From positions 352,001 through 416,000 of the forward strand of contig CM000431.1 of assembly GCA_000165345.1 (NCBI GenBank): DNA of 64,000 bases, read 5' to 3'. Position 1 is the first letter of the stretch; the number at the start of each line of letters is the position of its first letter. The position numbers were made by a program, and so were the translations under genes. Of the stretch, positions 31,756 through 42,827 are shown piece after piece. Under the pieces are notes generated by a model that saw only the letters and a list, made by a program, of their open reading frames with translations, did not search any database and was not told the DNA's origin.

Positions 31756-34700
31756 ATGAATAGGGAAGAGAATCCTTCAGGCGGATCCAGTGAGGTTTCA
31801 CAAGAAAACCCTGAAAATCATGAAGGGATTCAAAATGGTGAAAATATTTCTGAAGACTGGAATCCAGTTGAGGGGGATATAAGAGCTACAGTCTCCAATG
31901 ATCGTCATCAAGCTCAAAATAACAATTTGGATACTGGAATTCATACCTCGAATAGTTTAAGTTCCGAAAACTATGTAGTTGTTGGTTCTTCAGAAAATGA
32001 GATGAGCGAAGAAAAGAGGTTCAAAATTGTAGTTAGACCTTTAAATGGGAGGGATTTAACAGTTGAAGCTTCTCAAACCTCAACAATTCGCCAGCTAAAA
32101 GTTCTGATAGAGGTACAGAGCGGGATTGAAGCTATAAACCAACGTCTAATTTTTCGAGGAAGATGTATGCTTGATGATGATACTGTTGGTACATATATTA
32201 AAGAGGATGGAGTAATAATACATTTGGTTCCATATGCAAGAAATCAGAGAAATGAAGGCTCAGCTCAACCTGCTTCTGAATCCAGATCAAGAGCTTCGGG
32301 AACTGGAGGAAATGCTGCTAACATCCACAACCTTTTTGCTGCAACATCTGGAATACCAGGTTTGAACACATCAATAGGAGGATTTCCTGGTGCAATGATG
32401 TTTGGAGCAATTAGATTAGATGGTGAAACAGGTCTTCCCTTGGAAGCTGAAGATTTGATGCAAAGAGTGTTGAGAACTTTTGGAGATGCAGTAAACGGTA
32501 ATGGGATAGATCAAAATCTGATGAATATTTCCACAGGAACTGGAGATAACAGAAACTTGGGCTCAGTAACGTTTGATTCATTCGCTGTTGGCCAACCAAC
32601 AACAATACCTGGCTTCTCAGGACTTATTTCTAGTACAGAAAGAAGCAATCAGGAGTCTTTATCCTCCAACACTGATGCAAACAGAACCACAACATCCGCA
32701 TCAACTGGTGCTACCGCCAATAATTCTGCAAACTCATCCGCTACTGTTACAGGAACTGAAGGTAGGAGAAGCTCAAATACTAATGGTGCCAATATGAACC
32801 GTTCTGGAAGCAATACGGACTCTAGGTTAAACAACAACTCAGCACAAGCTCAAGGAAATTTCAGAGGTGGGAACGGAGAAGGTATTAGAGGTGATCCGAT
32901 GAATAGCAACCCAATTGGGAGGATTGGGACAATTGTTTCCAGAATTTTCCAGGCCTTTAATCAACCAGTAGGAGAAGGAATCCAGGAAGGAGAAACCAGG
33001 TCTGAAGGCAGAGTTAGTCAGGCTGGAATCGGAAATGGAACTGGGTTGGAAACTGGGGCTAGGGCTGATGTGGGTTCTGGCGCTAACCAGACTGTAGCTT
33101 CTGATAGAACTTCAGGAAACACTACTTCCCAGGATGTCAGGGGGAGAGTTATTTCAAGTCCAGCCTCTGGTCTGAGCTGGACCCAGATTGCATCTTCTGG
33201 GGCTCTGAATACCGGTAGAACAGGTGTACTGCCAATAGGACGTCCAGGTTTAGCAGTTGCAACGATTCCAATCTCTAATTTTTCAATTCCAATTACAATT
33301 AGAGCTACTTCTTCTACGGGGATCCCCTCAATCAATCTTTCTCAGAGCTCAAATACAGTAGCCAGCGTAGCTGCACCCGCCCAGGGGGAGTCAGCCTCTG
33401 CAAGAGCTCCAACAGATACTGGTAGCACTCCATCATCTAATACAAATGTGTCTGAGGCCTATAGAACTTCTTCAAACAATTTCTTTAGGAATATCTCAAA
33501 TGTCCTAGAAGAATCAGCAAATCAGCTACGAACAGTTGCTGCTGGAATCAGAGAAATGAGTGGATTAGAAGGTCCAAGTAGAACTGAACAGAATAGGGAG
33601 GGCTCATCCTCTTCGTCCTCTCTACCTCCAATCCCCTCTAGTGTGAGTAGCAGAAGCATTTCGGGTGAAAATTTGGCTTTGAGTGGCCAGACTTCTGACT
33701 ACATTCAGCACCATTCGCATAGACTTTATATATCTAATGAAGTGGTTCATAGGTTCCTTCCTTGGGACTCTCTTAACGAACTGATGGATATATTGGAGAG
33801 AGATTGTGGATGGAGAAGACCCAGAATTACAATTCCTCCCCCTGTGGATTCTATTGATGCTAGCCCATTGGCAATCTTTATTTCAGTATACCTCCAGGCT
33901 ATGTCAATAGTTCAGTCCAATTTAATGCAAATACAAGCATGGCAAGAGAGGTTTGCCAGATTAGATATCCCAAGACTATGCTATACAGTACATTTACTTG
34001 CGCTTATTTCACATATTTCGGCTCATATTGGCTCACTTTTAGCCTGGCTATTCCAAAATATGGCGCAACATGTCGAACAGGACAGACTTATTGAAGGACT
34101 ACAGTGGAATAGGTCTAGTAATGAAATTGAGAATCCTATAGATATAGTAGAAAAAAGACAAGATACTTCAGAAGAAACTAAAGGAATGGATGTAGATGAA
34201 GAGACTCCATGTGAATTGATTGGAGAAGATATCTTAAATAATGCTAATTTGAATCAAGATAACCAGGATATCAAAGATAATACAGGAAATGTAGCGAAAA
34301 TGTTTGAAAGAGATAGTTCTAGCTTTGGTTTTAATAATGCAAATACAAACTCATCCTCCAATGTGGGCTATGATCAAAACAACGAAGAAATAATAAATAA
34401 GCTTCCTGATGAAATTAGGGAAAAATGGGAAAGATGGACTGGTAATCCACAAAACTTCTCCAGAAATGTTTTTGCCTCATTCTCCACCAGACCCTTCAGT
34501 GATACATACCAACAAGGTGATGTGTTCTCCAGCAGCTCGAGTTTTGGATTCTCCCAACCCTCCAATGAGAATGGAAACACATCAGGTAGTAGAATTAATA
34601 GTCATCCTAGCTCCCAAGAACTTTTGAGAATGATTATTCACCAAACAGAAGCTAATTTGAATATTAGCAGCTCCTCGAATTCTCGTAATTATACTAATAT

Positions 34701-34827
34701 TCAGGCTGAATACCGTTCAATGCTAATCAGAGACCTAATAAATATTGCAAGGAATGACTCTGACTTTCTTAATAATCGAAGCAGATTTCCGTACCTACAA
34801 AGAATTATTTCCCTTTTATATGAGTAA
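31756..34827 (+). CDS. Ubiquitin-like (UBL) domain protein with a long Ser/Thr/Asn/Gly-rich linker and a conserved-looking C-terminal domain (BAG6/Scythe-like, tentative).
   Basis: ATG at 31756. The UBL domain is FKIVVRPLNGRDLTVEASQTSTIRQLKVLIEVQSGIEAINQRLIFRGRCMLDDDTVGTYIKEDGVIIHLV. The rest is low-complexity, then a structured C-terminal ~350 aa. Confidence 0.6.
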   Translation: MNREENPSGGSSEVSQENPENHEGIQNGENISEDWNPVEGDIRATVSNDRHQAQNNNLDTGIHTSNSLSSENYVVVGSSENEMSEEKRFKIVVRPLNGRDLTVEASQTSTIRQLKVLIEVQSGIEAINQRLIFRGRCMLDDDTVGTYIKEDGVIIHLVPYARNQRNEGSAQPASESRSRASGTGGNAANIHNLFAATSGIPGLNTSIGGFPGAMMFGAIRLDGETGLPLEAEDLMQRVLRTFGDAVNGNGIDQNLMNISTGTGDNRNLGSVTFDSFAVGQPTTIPGFSGLISSTERSNQESLSSNTDANRTTTSASTGATANNSANSSATVTGTEGRRSSNTNGANMNRSGSNTDSRLNNNSAQAQGNFRGGNGEGIRGDPMNSNPIGRIGTIVSRIFQAFNQPVGEGIQEGETRSEGRVSQAGIGNGTGLETGARADVGSGANQTVASDRTSGNTTSQDVRGRVISSPASGLSWTQIASSGALNTGRTGVLPIGRPGLAVATIPISNFSIPITIRATSSTGIPSINLSQSSNTVASVAAPAQGESASARAPTDTGSTPSSNTNVSEAYRTSSNNFFRNISNVLEESANQLRTVAAGIREMSGLEGPSRTEQNREGSSSSSSLPPIPSSVSSRSISGENLALSGQTSDYIQHHSHRLYISNEVVHRFLPWDSLNELMDILERDCGWRRPRITIPPPVDSIDASPLAIFISVYLQAMSIVQSNLMQIQAWQERFARLDIPRLCYTVHLLALISHISAHIGSLLAWLFQNMAQHVEQDRLIEGLQWNRSSNEIENPIDIVEKRQDTSEETKGMDVDEETPCELIGEDILNNANLNQDNQDIKDNTGNVAKMFERDSSSFGFNNANTNSSSNVGYDQNNEEIINKLPDEIREKWERWTGNPQNFSRNVFASFSTRPFSDTYQQGDVFSSSSSFGFSQPSNENGNTSGSRINSHPSSQELLRMIIHQTEANLNISSSSNSRNYTNIQAEYRSMLIRDLINIARNDSDFLNNRSRFPYLQRIISLLYE

Positions 34828-35075
34828 TTTTCGCTATTCCAAGGGTGAATATTGCCCTAGTAGAAGAAAATGTCTTCAATTATAGAACATAAATGTTAAG
34901 AGTACTTTTATTACTGTTAAGGCTAGACTTTCCCTTTTTTACTTTCTAGCTTTATCATCCTCTATCTCCTCTTATTATTTTTATTCATGTTTCTATTCCT
35001 TTCAAACATAAATTGAGAAAGCAGCATTAAGCATCAAATCACAATGTGGTTCTTTTTATGGTAATTTTCTTTGTT

Positions 35076-35124
35076 CCCGCCCAAACATGGGATCACAACG
35101 GTATTAAGTTACATGTAAGGCGGG
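35076..35124. other. Inverted repeat CCCGCC(N37)GGCGGG spanning a GC-richer patch 310-350 bp upstream of the methyltransferase gene.
   Basis: Seen in the sequence. It doubles as two G-box-like motifs. Confidence 0.4.
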
Positions 35125-35431
35125 GTAGGCCTGTCTGATTAATTTGAAATATTAATATAAATAAGAAATAACAAGCATTAGAGGGAATTGAATATTGTAA
35201 TTTAAAAGACCAAATTGAGTTAATTTTTCGATAGAGTTTTGGTTTTAGATAAAAAATTAGATTCAGACTATTTTAGTTGAAGTGTGAAGTGAGAATATTT
35301 CACAGGTTTTTTTTGTGTTTAGCTCGATAATAGTTCAAGGTAAAAAGGGGGGTAGGGGAGCGTTTAGGCTTCAAATTTATAAATATTTGATTTGATACAA
35401 TTTTGGTTGATAAATTTTGGATTTAGCGATT

Positions 35432-36295
35432 ATGGCAGACTATGGGACCACTGAATACTGGGAGGAAAGGTACAAGAAGGACTCAAATCCATATGATTGG
35501 TACCAAAGGTGGGAGAATATGAGGGAAATAATTAAGGAATATTTGAAATTTGATGATAAAATACTTGTTGTTGGCAATGGAACAAGCAGATTACCAGAAG
35601 AAATTTATGATGATGGATATCAAAGCATTGAAGCAATGGATATCAGTACTGTTGCAGTAGAAATTATGCACGAAAGATTTGCCTCAAGAAATATTCCATG
35701 CCAAGTCGGTAATGTTTTAGATATGTATCAGTATTCTGACGATGGTTATGATGTAGTTATTGATAAAGGAACATTTGATTCTATTTTATGCGGTGAAAAT
35801 AGTCACATTAATATTGACACCATGATGAGGGAATTAGTTAGAGTACTAAATTATGACAAAGGTAGATATATATGTATCTCTTATGGACAACCTAATTATA
35901 GATTAAACTACTTGAAATCTATGAAAGAGTGGGAAGTTACCACAATTCCAATTAAAAAACCTGCAAATGACCAGATTTATAAACTTAAAAATTACAATGA
36001 CGAGGATTCTAACTCACAAGAAAATGTGAATATTACAACTTCAACCAGACCAGACTTATACCACTATATATACGTCTGCACAGTGGTTAATAAAAATGTC
36101 CCTGAAATTGGAAATTCCTTGAATTTAAATGATGATGAAAATGGAGATATTAAGACTGATAACGACGTTGAATTAAATGCTGATAATATTCAAGATCCTA
36201 ATAACTTTGAACAAGATCTTGGGGAAAACCAGGAGGATGAGAGAAATGAATTCCAAGTTCCTGATGAGAACAAAGTTCTTGAAAACTCTATTTAG
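35432..36295 (+). CDS. Class I SAM-dependent methyltransferase, EEF1AKMT4/METTL13-N-like.
   Basis: The track M at 35417 is a TTG; the ATG is at 35432. YGTTEYWEERYKK...YDWYQRWENMREII...ILVVGNGTSRLPEEIYDDGYQSIEAMDISTVAVE fits the family motif (YW.ERY..fdWY...; hVLGCGNS motif I). Confidence 0.7.
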   Translation: MADYGTTEYWEERYKKDSNPYDWYQRWENMREIIKEYLKFDDKILVVGNGTSRLPEEIYDDGYQSIEAMDISTVAVEIMHERFASRNIPCQVGNVLDMYQYSDDGYDVVIDKGTFDSILCGENSHINIDTMMRELVRVLNYDKGRYICISYGQPNYRLNYLKSMKEWEVTTIPIKKPANDQIYKLKNYNDEDSNSQENVNITTSTRPDLYHYIYVCTVVNKNVPEIGNSLNLNDDENGDIKTDNDVELNADNIQDPNNFEQDLGENQEDERNEFQVPDENKVLENSI

Positions 36296-36851
36296 TTTTT
36301 CAAACTATTGTATTGTCTTATAAATCTTCAGCTTTTAAATTTTGGTTAATTTTTTAGACACTTTATGCTTTCGAAAATAGAATAGAAAAAGAATTAGGTC
36401 TTAAATGTTATCATAGATTTCAAAATTCAATTTTAACTTTTCAACCACTATTCATCACTTTTAGCTTCAATATTTTTAGTTAGTAGTAACAATAATTCAG
36501 TAACTCAAACGTTACTCCTCATTATTCCAAAAAATTGTCAATATCACTAATCCTATGAATTTATTTCCTTAATAATCACCTTTTATTCTATCTTATTTTT
36601 TCCTCACATTTTTTCTATTCATAGAAATATATATTGCATGTAATCACTAGACTGTGAAAATTTTAATTCAAATTTATTTCGTTTCATTTTTTTTCCTAAT
36701 AATTTGTAATGTAATATTTTAACTATATCTAAGTATCTGAATACATGATTAAATTCTACAAGGAACATGATCAACCATTAGGCCTCGTTTTTTGGCTCTT
36801 TATCTATGTTCCTTTTCAATAAATAACTAATTATTTTAATCAACAACTTTC

Positions 36852-36868
36852 GGCGCCAAAAACATGCA
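36852..36868. promoter_or_regulatory. CGGCGCCAAAAACATGCA composite element upstream of the first IQ gene.
   Basis: Seen in the sequence. A second element, TTTTGGCGGGAAACAATTCCATG, is at 37308-37330. Confidence 0.4.
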
Positions 36869-37675
36869 TTATAACTAAACTAAAAGCATGTGGGGCAGTT
36901 TCTTCCTTGACATTTTTCTGCACAAAATTAATTCATTTCTGTATGGAAAGTCAAAAAAAAAATGAAGTTCATATTTCTGAGAAGATTAAGGGAAGTTTTC
37001 AGACTAATAAGCATCAAAAATAGTTTTAAGTTAATTAATTAAATTTTAATTACCACTTCTTTTTAATTATTGATGGCAATAATTAATACTTAAAATCACC
37101 ATATTAAACTATATTTTAATTTATAGCACACATTGTAAGCCTAATATATTTAGCAGCTTACAATAATTATTCTTTTTTCAAAAAATGCATTAATATGACC
37201 TGATAATAATAATTCAGTCATCTCTCCCATCCCCCTTCTCCCCTCTTTTAATTTTTAAATTAAATTTACGTATTTGATCTATATTTATTCAATAACTAAA
37301 TGAATTGTTTTGGCGGGAAACAATTCCATGTAAAAATTATTATCGTTGGTCAAAAATACCAAAAGTGAAATAACAGGGTTATGAAAGGCTTGGAAAAAAA
37401 ATTAGTAAAACCATAATTAATTAAATTAATAACAACAGTGTTAATACTTATTTTGTGATATGAACGGTGAGCCAGACGGGTGAAAAATTTACAAAAGTTA
37501 ATTAAGTGAATTAATTAGACGTTTGGACTTAGAAGAGAAAATAATAACATAATAAATAAATAATTACACATTAAATTTTATAGCAAGCAGTTCAAATTAA
37601 ATAGAGACGTGTTAATTAAATTAAAGTATAAATATTTGGGTATATAAAAAGAAAAGGAAAATTAATTAGGAAGAG

Positions 37676-39192
37676 ATGTTGATAAATAATGAGAATGTGA
37701 GGGCAGAAGAAGAGAATGGTCGTAGACCAACAAGAAACGAAACTATTGTCTATAAGATAGTAAATTATATGTCATCTTTAATTGGTGGAATTAACGATAA
37801 TGTGGGTAGAAATAATCCGTGTATTGGTATTTTAAGTCCAATGTCTCCAGTTATGATAACAGATCATGTTAAGACAGTTGGGAATACAATGGTTTTACCA
37901 AGTCCAGAACCAATAATTCAGATGATTCCAAATCAAAATCTAAGGAATAATATGTTCTTTAACGTTTACAGCAATGATAAAAAATATGTTCATAAATTTG
38001 GGCCTAAAGTTACTCCATATACTAATTTGAATAACGGATTATTAGCTATTAATGAAAAAGGAGACCAAATTGTTACTGGAAATATATCACTCATGAGTTC
38101 TCCTACTGATATGTGTTTAAACTCTTCAAGAAATAAATTAATTAATCCTAGTAGTTATTTTTCGAGATTAAGGAATCCAATCAGTGAATGTGGAGGTCTT
38201 GTAAAATCACCAATCAATTCATGTTTTAGTGGCCAAATCAACAAGGCTAATGAGTCATCTATTACTGAAATACTTGTCTCACCTGAACTTGCTCAAACAC
38301 TTCAGCAGATAATTTCAATAATTTCCCACCAAATAGAAATTGATGATTCTGAAAATTTTATTAATATTAATAATATCAAAGGATCTGTCAAGATTAACAG
38401 ATTTCAGAGAATTAACAAGAAAAGTACAATTGGAGGATTAAACTATGCCCTTATGAGTTATTCAGCAAGTATTATTCAAAAACACTTTAGAAATTTTGAT
38501 AATAATAGAATGGTAAGATATATTAATCCAGTTACTAGAAGTAAATTTTCAAAAAATCAAATCATGAATGCAATTCATATTATTCAAAGATATTGGAGAA
38601 TTTATATGTATCGTAACCAGATTATGAGAGAGCTCTTAATAAAAAATGTTATGACTGCTAGAAATGCTGCAAGTTGTAAGATAGCTTCTTTATGGAAAGG
38701 ATATAAAACAAGAAAGTTTATGGATTCTATCATTAAAGATGTGTATATCAAATGGATTTGGAATAATGATGATTCAGCTAATAATAATTGTTCTTCTGAA
38801 ATCAGCAATACTCAAAACTATGAATATTCAAAATATGAAGTTAAGTTAAGAGGATCTTTCACGTGTAAGCCATGGCAAGAACATTTAAAACTTAATTGGG
38901 ACAACCAGGAAAACTGTTTTCTAATTAATATATGTCTCACAAAAGGGGCTCATTATCTCCAATTTATAATTAATGATGAAATTAAAGCTTGTGGGAGTAT
39001 GGAAATTGTTGTTTTACCTATCATTGGAGTATCCAATAAAATCAATATTGTTGGAGAATCCTACAAAAGTTCACGTAAGTTTATTCTACTTTCCTATCAA
39101 CTAACACATTTTTTACTCTTTTTTATTTTTATTTTTCAGTAAAGAGAATTAGATCAAATATTCAAAAAATTACTTCAGAAATTCATGTTTAG
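37676..39192 (+). CDS. IQ-motif protein with a C-terminal AMPK-beta-type carbohydrate-binding module (CBM48-like). Probably two exons, 37676..39074 and 39140..39192.
   Basis: ATG at 37676. IQ motifs are IQKHFRNFDNNRM, IQRYWRIYMYRNQ and ASLWKGYKTRKF. VKLRGSFTCKPWQEHLKLNWDNQENCFLINICLTKGAHYLQFIINDE aligns with the AMPK-beta GBD VYLSGSFNNWSKLPLTRSHNNFVAILDLPEGEHQYKFFVDG. A GTAAGT donor is at 39075 and a TTTTTCAG acceptor at 39139. The track's hydrophobic tail LLSYQLTHFLLFFIFIFQ is intron read-through. Confidence 0.55.
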
Positions 39193-39415
39193 CTAATTTG
39201 ATATAACTTCCCGCTTTTAAATAAAAACATTTAGACCGAAAACCCATTAATTCACTTATTCTTTGAAAACACCTTATCATAATGCTATCGAATAGGTTTA
39301 CTTAATTAGAAGGAAATTATTTTTGTATTTTAATTGATATTTAATTCTATTCATCTCTTCCTAGTTTCCTACACTTTTATTATTACTCACAATTTACATG
39401 CAAAATAACAACGTT

Positions 39416-39433
39416 GGCGCCAAAATACCCGCC
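39416..39433. promoter_or_regulatory. GTTGGCGCCAAAATACCCGCC, a GGCGCC plus G-box element 420 bp upstream of the second IQ gene.
   Basis: Seen in the sequence. Confidence 0.4.
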
Positions 39434-39836
39434 TAATAATGTATGCTTTAGACTAAATAACTAGGTCAAATTAAACAAATAATAGTAATTAATACTAAAT
39501 TGATAATATAGAGTGGTAAAAACGTAAAACTCTAATTAAAACGGCTAAAAATAAGGAAATAATTTATTATTAATTTATGATTGTGATCATAATAATAACA
39601 TTTTAGTAGAATTATCACACTTTAAAGATTTATTCAATAAAGCTGGATACTAATTAATAAAATTATTTTTGTAAATTGTGTATTAATCAATTGAGTAAAA
39701 TTTCGTGATCATACTGGTCTAAGCTACTTTTTTGTAATAATAATAATTGTTACTATTAGAATATTTACAAAAGTAAAGCTAATTAAGTAGATTTTTGAAA
39801 AGTAATGGTTAAAGGGACACTACAATACCTTTGAAA

Positions 39837-41795
39837 ATGTTTAGTCGTCTATACAATAGAAACGTGGATAGCAATAATCAAAGCTCTGGTAAATCAAACA
39901 GAATTAGAATCACCTTAAATGACAGAATAAATTCTAGAGAAGCTGCAAAATTTCCAATCACTGAAAGCAGATCTTTTATCAATCATGGAGAAAAAGATGA
40001 TTATTCGGTAGTAAGAAGAAGTAATACTATAGGAAGAATCATACAAAATGGATCTCAGCAAATCTTCTATCCTATAAACCCCAATAATAACTTTACTAGA
40101 CAACAAATGAGAGGTTGTTACAATTCAAATATAGTACAAAATAGTCACTCAAACTTTCAACAAAATGGTTCCATCGATTCTGCTCTCAGTAGCAGGAGAT
40201 CCAATGAGTTTAATACAATTCAATCTTTAAGATCAACATCTGATTTAGCTTCGAAGATTTCGTCAAACGTAGTATTAGCAGAAGATCAGGAACCTAAAAT
40301 AGCTGGAAACAAAGTAAAGTCTATTACATCTTCAATTCCTCTAAATTTAATAGAGAAAGATTCGGCTGAGAGATTAAAATCCTCTGTAAATAGTCAGATT
40401 AATGAAATTGAAGATAGCGAAAATGAAAGACTAAATAGTAATAGAAATAGATATGGACTTTCACTTGATTTATATTCACTTACTGAAGATTCTGCGAGAA
40501 AAATAAAGCCAGAATTGTCAGTTGAATTGGAATGTTCGATTAATGAGACAAGTGAAAATAATGAGGTACTTGTAAGGAGTATTTCATTACAGAAGGAAAA
40601 GTTACCTAATTTGGAGATTTTTCCTTTGGAAACAGTGAATAGCCCAAATTCAAAAAGTAACAATAGAGAAAACTGTCAATTAAGGAGATTTATTGATAAT
40701 AGTGAAATCACTGGATTAATTTCAAAACTTAACAAATCAGCATTTTATTTTGTAAGGTTTAATTTACTTTTACATTTAGCTGCAATAGTTATTCAATGTT
40801 ATTTCAGACGATATCTATGCAAGAAATATCTATATTTCAGAAAATATGGACCAATTAAGCTCTTGAACACTTCTGCAATGCAAATACAAGCATGTTGGAG
40901 AAGTTTTCTGACTAGATTTGGCGCATCTCTGTGTGAAGGGACGCCTTCAAACAATGGAAGTCATAAATGTATAAATGAGTATAATTGGTCGACTCTTCAT
41001 GAGAAGAATTTTACTGAGATTGTTAAAAAAAGAAATCAAAATGCAAAATGCATACAAAATTTCTGGAGAAATATATATTTAAAAAATATCAACATTGAGA
41101 GGGAAATCCTGACAAATTCCATATTCTCAGCTAGAGCTTTAGCTAAAGAGACTATTGAGAAATTCCTTCTTGGTTATTTAGTTAGGAAGAATGCTGATTC
41201 TAGATATAAACTAGTTCCTATTAAATGGAGTTGGAGCGTTCAGGAGATTTCAGAAATCTTCATTTTGCAAAAAATTAGAAACAGATGGTCAGAACCAAAG
41301 AAGATGTGGCTCAATCAGGAGGAAAATGTCTACAGATATAATCTTTTCCTATCAAATGGTATCCATCAAGTTGTATTTAAAGTGTACTATAAGAATAAGG
41401 AGTGTAAAGGAGATCAGGATTACAAGATTTTATGTAATTCATCCTTGGAAACTACTCCAAGTGATGAATTCCAGTTTGTAAACAATATCAGTGTTTACAA
41501 TAATAACTATACTGTTAGTGCTTTCAAGTACATGAGAGATAGAATCTCATACATTAATTTCTCAACTATAAATTATTTGGACAACCTAAACCCCGATATT
41601 ATGCAAAATATTGAGCAGGATCTAGGCTATATTGCATTATCTCCGAGTTACAAGCAGCGCCTTGATATTGAATACTCAGAAACTGAATATGAAAACTCTC
41701 CCTATAAAGAGTTTGACAGAATTAAGAATGATGTAATTAACACTCCAAGTACTAACTTAGACTATAGTCCAGGAACTCAGCACTTTATCCATTAA
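39837..41795 (+). CDS. Tandem paralogue of the preceding gene: an IQ-motif protein with a C-terminal CBM-like domain.
   Basis: The track M at 39831 is a TTG; the ATG is at 39837. IQ motifs are IVIQCYFRRYLCKKY, MQIQACWRSFLTRF and KCIQNFWRNIYLK. The C-terminal WSWS...NVYRYNLFLSNGIHQVVFKVYYKN has the same architecture and order as gene 37676. Confidence 0.6.
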   Translation: MFSRLYNRNVDSNNQSSGKSNRIRITLNDRINSREAAKFPITESRSFINHGEKDDYSVVRRSNTIGRIIQNGSQQIFYPINPNNNFTRQQMRGCYNSNIVQNSHSNFQQNGSIDSALSSRRSNEFNTIQSLRSTSDLASKISSNVVLAEDQEPKIAGNKVKSITSSIPLNLIEKDSAERLKSSVNSQINEIEDSENERLNSNRNRYGLSLDLYSLTEDSARKIKPELSVELECSINETSENNEVLVRSISLQKEKLPNLEIFPLETVNSPNSKSNNRENCQLRRFIDNSEITGLISKLNKSAFYFVRFNLLLHLAAIVIQCYFRRYLCKKYLYFRKYGPIKLLNTSAMQIQACWRSFLTRFGASLCEGTPSNNGSHKCINEYNWSTLHEKNFTEIVKKRNQNAKCIQNFWRNIYLKNINIEREILTNSIFSARALAKETIEKFLLGYLVRKNADSRYKLVPIKWSWSVQEISEIFILQKIRNRWSEPKKMWLNQEENVYRYNLFLSNGIHQVVFKVYYKNKECKGDQDYKILCNSSLETTPSDEFQFVNNISVYNNNYTVSAFKYMRDRISYINFSTINYLDNLNPDIMQNIEQDLGYIALSPSYKQRLDIEYSETEYENSPYKEFDRIKNDVINTPSTNLDYSPGTQHFIH

Positions 41796-41900
41796 TATTG
41801 TAATTAACATTTAGTTTTTGGCATATCCACATTTATGATATGTGTAATTTATTAAGTTATTTTTTTCTAAAATATTTGCATCTTTCAAACCTTTATTATT

Positions 41901-41906
41901 CCCGCC
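41901..41906. promoter_or_regulatory. CCCGCC (TTATTCCCGCCAGATC) 180 bp upstream of the HYPK-like gene.
   Basis: Seen in the sequence. Confidence 0.35.
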
Positions 41907-42083
41907 AGATCTAAATTAGTATTACTTAGGGTAACTAGGCAAAATAATAGAAATTCAAAGTTAAAAAAAATAATAACAAATTATATTAATAAATCAGAAT
42001 TATTAATATATAGCATATGCCTTATAAAAGGTTTTTGTTAATTAAAGCTAGCTGTAATATTAATATAATTGTTTATACTGATC

Positions 42084-42512
42084 ATGGTAGATAATACTCG
42101 AGGAGAAAAAGATCTAACAAGCCTAAATACAAATAATAATGAAGGCTTGGATGGGAGTTCCAACTTCAATTTTGACATTCAGTCATCTCTTTTGGCAACA
42201 AAGAAGGCACTAGATGAGGATATGAAGGTAAGTTTGCTAAATAATATTTTTGAAGAGTTTTAGTGATAGCATTGCTGATGCTCTTTAATAATTTAGTTCC
42301 TAGTAATTATCAACTATATGTAAATTTAGAATCTAAGCATTGTTAATGTTGACGCGGGAAACATTCAAAAACTTTCACAGTTATTTGATTTATCACTTAC
42401 ACAAGCCGAAAACATACTTAAAGCCAACAACAACAGTGTTGAAAAGTCTATTGACGATTTGTTGTTAAACTTCTCAGATTTCCAAAATTCCAGACTTGAT
42501 TATCAATTTTAG
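42084..42512 (+). CDS. Small NAC-alpha/HYPK-type UBA-domain protein. Two exons, 42084..42227 and 42330..42512.
   Basis: The track M at 42069 is a TTG; the ATG is at 42084. A GTAAGT donor is at 42228 and an AATTTAG acceptor at 42329, both phase 0. Exon 2's ILKANNNSVEKSIDDLL matches the NAC-alpha UBA ALKNNSNDIVNAIMEL. Only about 109 aa. Confidence 0.5.
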
Positions 42513-42518
42513 AATGGT

Positions 42519-42556
42519 GGCGCCAAAGTCATGTATTTTGGTTAGTGTTTGGCGCC
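42519..42556. promoter_or_regulatory. Two GGCGCC elements (GGTGGCGCCAAAGTCATGTA at 42516-42535, TTTGGCGCCAATC at 42548-42560) 270-310 bp upstream of the 42828 gene.
   Basis: Seen in the sequence. Confidence 0.45.
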
Positions 42557-42827
42557 AATCTACAATAAATAATTAAGGGGTACCTATTATTTAAGGAGAA
42601 AAGAATGCAAAAAGGTTTGTAGAAAAATTGTTCAAGTCTAAGGGAGAATTTCTTAAGAAATATATAGTTTTGTAGAGTGAAGGCTGAAATATAAAATTTT
42701 TGTTTGAAGGTTCAAAGGTATTTTGGTAGTGGATCATGATCTTTTGATTGTGTGGGAATAAGTTAATAATATTAGAGTACACACTGAAGCTATTGAGTTA
42801 ATTAGTTGGAGGAGATTGTACAAGAAA

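Noticed and set aside
32411-34627. Several 60-105-aa ORFs inside and antisense to the UBL gene.
   Set aside because: The low-complexity GC-richer coding sequence leaves alternative frames open; none has a motif.
39075-39142. Hydrophobic C-terminal tail LLSYQLTHFLLFFIFIFQ of the 37676 ORF, a possible transmembrane anchor.
   Set aside because: It is pyrimidine-rich sequence that follows a consensus GTAAGT donor and ends in TTTTTCAG, so it is better explained as intron read-through.
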